A stretch of DNA of 64,000 nt, taken from contig CAXXUA010000006.1 of NCBI GenBank assembly GCA_963663765.2, forward strand, positions 256,001-320,000, read 5' to 3'. The position numbers and the translations under genes are program-made. The stretch's first letter is position 1. Each line of letters starts with the position of its first letter. The DNA comes from Candidatus Poribacteria bacterium (GTDB taxonomy: Bacteria > Poribacteria > WGA-4E > WGA-3G). This document shows positions 62,728 through 64,000 of this stretch, piece by piece. Under the pieces are notes generated by a model that ran no database searches, was not told the origin of the DNA, and saw only the letters and a program-made list of their open reading frames with translations.

Positions 62728-64000
62728 ATGCCAAAACCAACCGATATACGAATACTTGATGTCCAATATGATTTTGAAGAACACCAATACCGGACTCCCC
62801 TAAAGTTTGGTGGAGTCCCTACAGATCACTGTGTACTTTTTAATGTTCGCATACATGTGCAAACATTAAATGGTTACGAAGCTGAGGGTAAAGGTTCTAT
62901 GCCTCTTGGAAATGTTTGGGCATTTCCACCTCGCTATGTGCCGTTTGACCAGAGTCTTTCTGCGATGATAACTCTTGCTGAAAAAGCAGTAGACGTCACA
63001 TCTAAATGCAGCCTAACAGCACATCCGCTTGAATTCTCAGAGATACTTGAACCTCAATTCTTACAAATTGCAGATGAAATATCTCAATCAATGGAACTAT
63101 TAACACCCATTCCTAAACTGTGTACTGTCGTTACAACAAGTCCGATTGATGCCGCTATTCACGATGCGTTTGGTAAAGCAAATGGCATAAATAGTTATAA
63201 TGGATTGGATGAAGACTATGTTCAGAAGGACTTATCACATTTCTTAGATGGACAGTTTGCAGGAAAATACCTTGATCAGTATACATCTCGCCATCCAAAA
63301 CCTAATATCCCGATCTATCACCTGATTGGTGCATTAGATCCTCTCACAGATGCGGATATCTCTGAACGACTAAATGATGGCTTACCGGAAACTCTTCCCG
63401 AATGGATCATCGCTGATGGGTTGACTCATTTGAAGATAAAACTAAACGGAGATAATCTTGAATGGGATGTATCCCGTGTTCTGGATATAGACAGGATAAC
63501 GGCAGAAACACAGGCATGGAGAGGGTTCAATACATGGTATTACTCGGCTGATTTCAATGAGACATGTCAGAATGTTGATTACCTTTTGGAGTTTCTTCAT
63601 CGTATTCAGGAAGAAGAACCTAAAGCATTTAACCGCCTGGCATACATTGAGCAACCTACGGATCGCAACCTTGAAGCACACCCAGAAAATAAGATGCACA
63701 AAGCAGCGGCGATAAAGCCAGTTGTCATTGATGAATCACTCACTGATTATGAGACGTTGCTATTAGCACGCGATCAGGGTTATTCTGGAGTTGCGTTAAA
63801 AGCGTGTAAGGGTCAATCCCAGGCATTGCTGATGGGTGCGGTTGCGCAAGAATTTGATATGTTCCTTGCTGTGCAAGATTTAACCTGTCCAGGAGCTTCG
63901 TTTTTGCATTCTGCGGGACTTGCTGCGCGTATTCATGGCGTTACTGCTATTGAAGGCAATGCACGTCAATTTTGTCCAAGTGCAAATGATGGTTGGCGGG
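62728..64000 (+). CDS. Enolase-superfamily (mandelate racemase-like) protein, runs off window end
   Basis: Manual translation MPKPTDIRILDVQYDFEEHQYRTPLKFGG; later HLKIKLNG, ADFNE, YIEQP, VIDESL. Confidence 0.8.
   Translation, partial: MPKPTDIRILDVQYDFEEHQYRTPLKFGGVPTDHCVLFNVRIHVQTLNGYEAEGKGSMPLGNVWAFPPRYVPFDQSLSAMITLAEKAVDVTSKCSLTAHPLEFSEILEPQFLQIADEISQSMELLTPIPKLCTVVTTSPIDAAIHDAFGKANGINSYNGLDEDYVQKDLSHFLDGQFAGKYLDQYTSRHPKPNIPIYHLIGALDPLTDADISERLNDGLPETLPEWIIADGLTHLKIKLNGDNLEWDVSRVLDIDRITAETQAWRGFNTWYYSADFNETCQNVDYLLEFLHRIQEEEPKAFNRLAYIEQPTDRNLEAHPENKMHKAAAIKPVVIDESLTDYETLLLARDQGYSGVALKACKGQSQALLMGAVAQEFDMFLAVQDLTCPGASFLHSAGLAARIHGVTAIEGNARQFCPSANDGWR

Overview
AT-rich bacterial chromosomal segment, most likely Candidatus Poribacteria. 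This is inferred from secreted WD40 proteins with dockerin or FlgD-like tails, a LamG protein with the 'VxPxxKLTTxWxxIK' tail, several PhyH dioxygenases, Uma2 paralogs and FGE-sulfatase domains. It holds about 45 protein genes (including polA, a UbiD-family decarboxylase, tatD, uridine kinase, an Hsp20 cluster and an aquaporin), tRNA-Glu, tRNA-Gln and a decayed ISKra4/ISLre2-type IS. Intergenic regions are packed with GTAG/GTGG-type REP hairpins nested inside several MITE families. Most notable: (1) two 34-36 bp CAAATCAACG-hairpin mini-elements that insert at C^G in REP hairpins, nest in each other and stack into arrays; (2) a catalytic-domain-only tyrosine recombinase preceded by a phased 6x TTGAGA-N5-TCTCAA array and a 36-bp palindrome; (3) an ECF sigma factor fused in frame to an FtsZ-like GTPase with an internal RBS; (4) a WD40 gene split by a CTAG-duplicating MITE. 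All calls were made by eye; no database searches were run.
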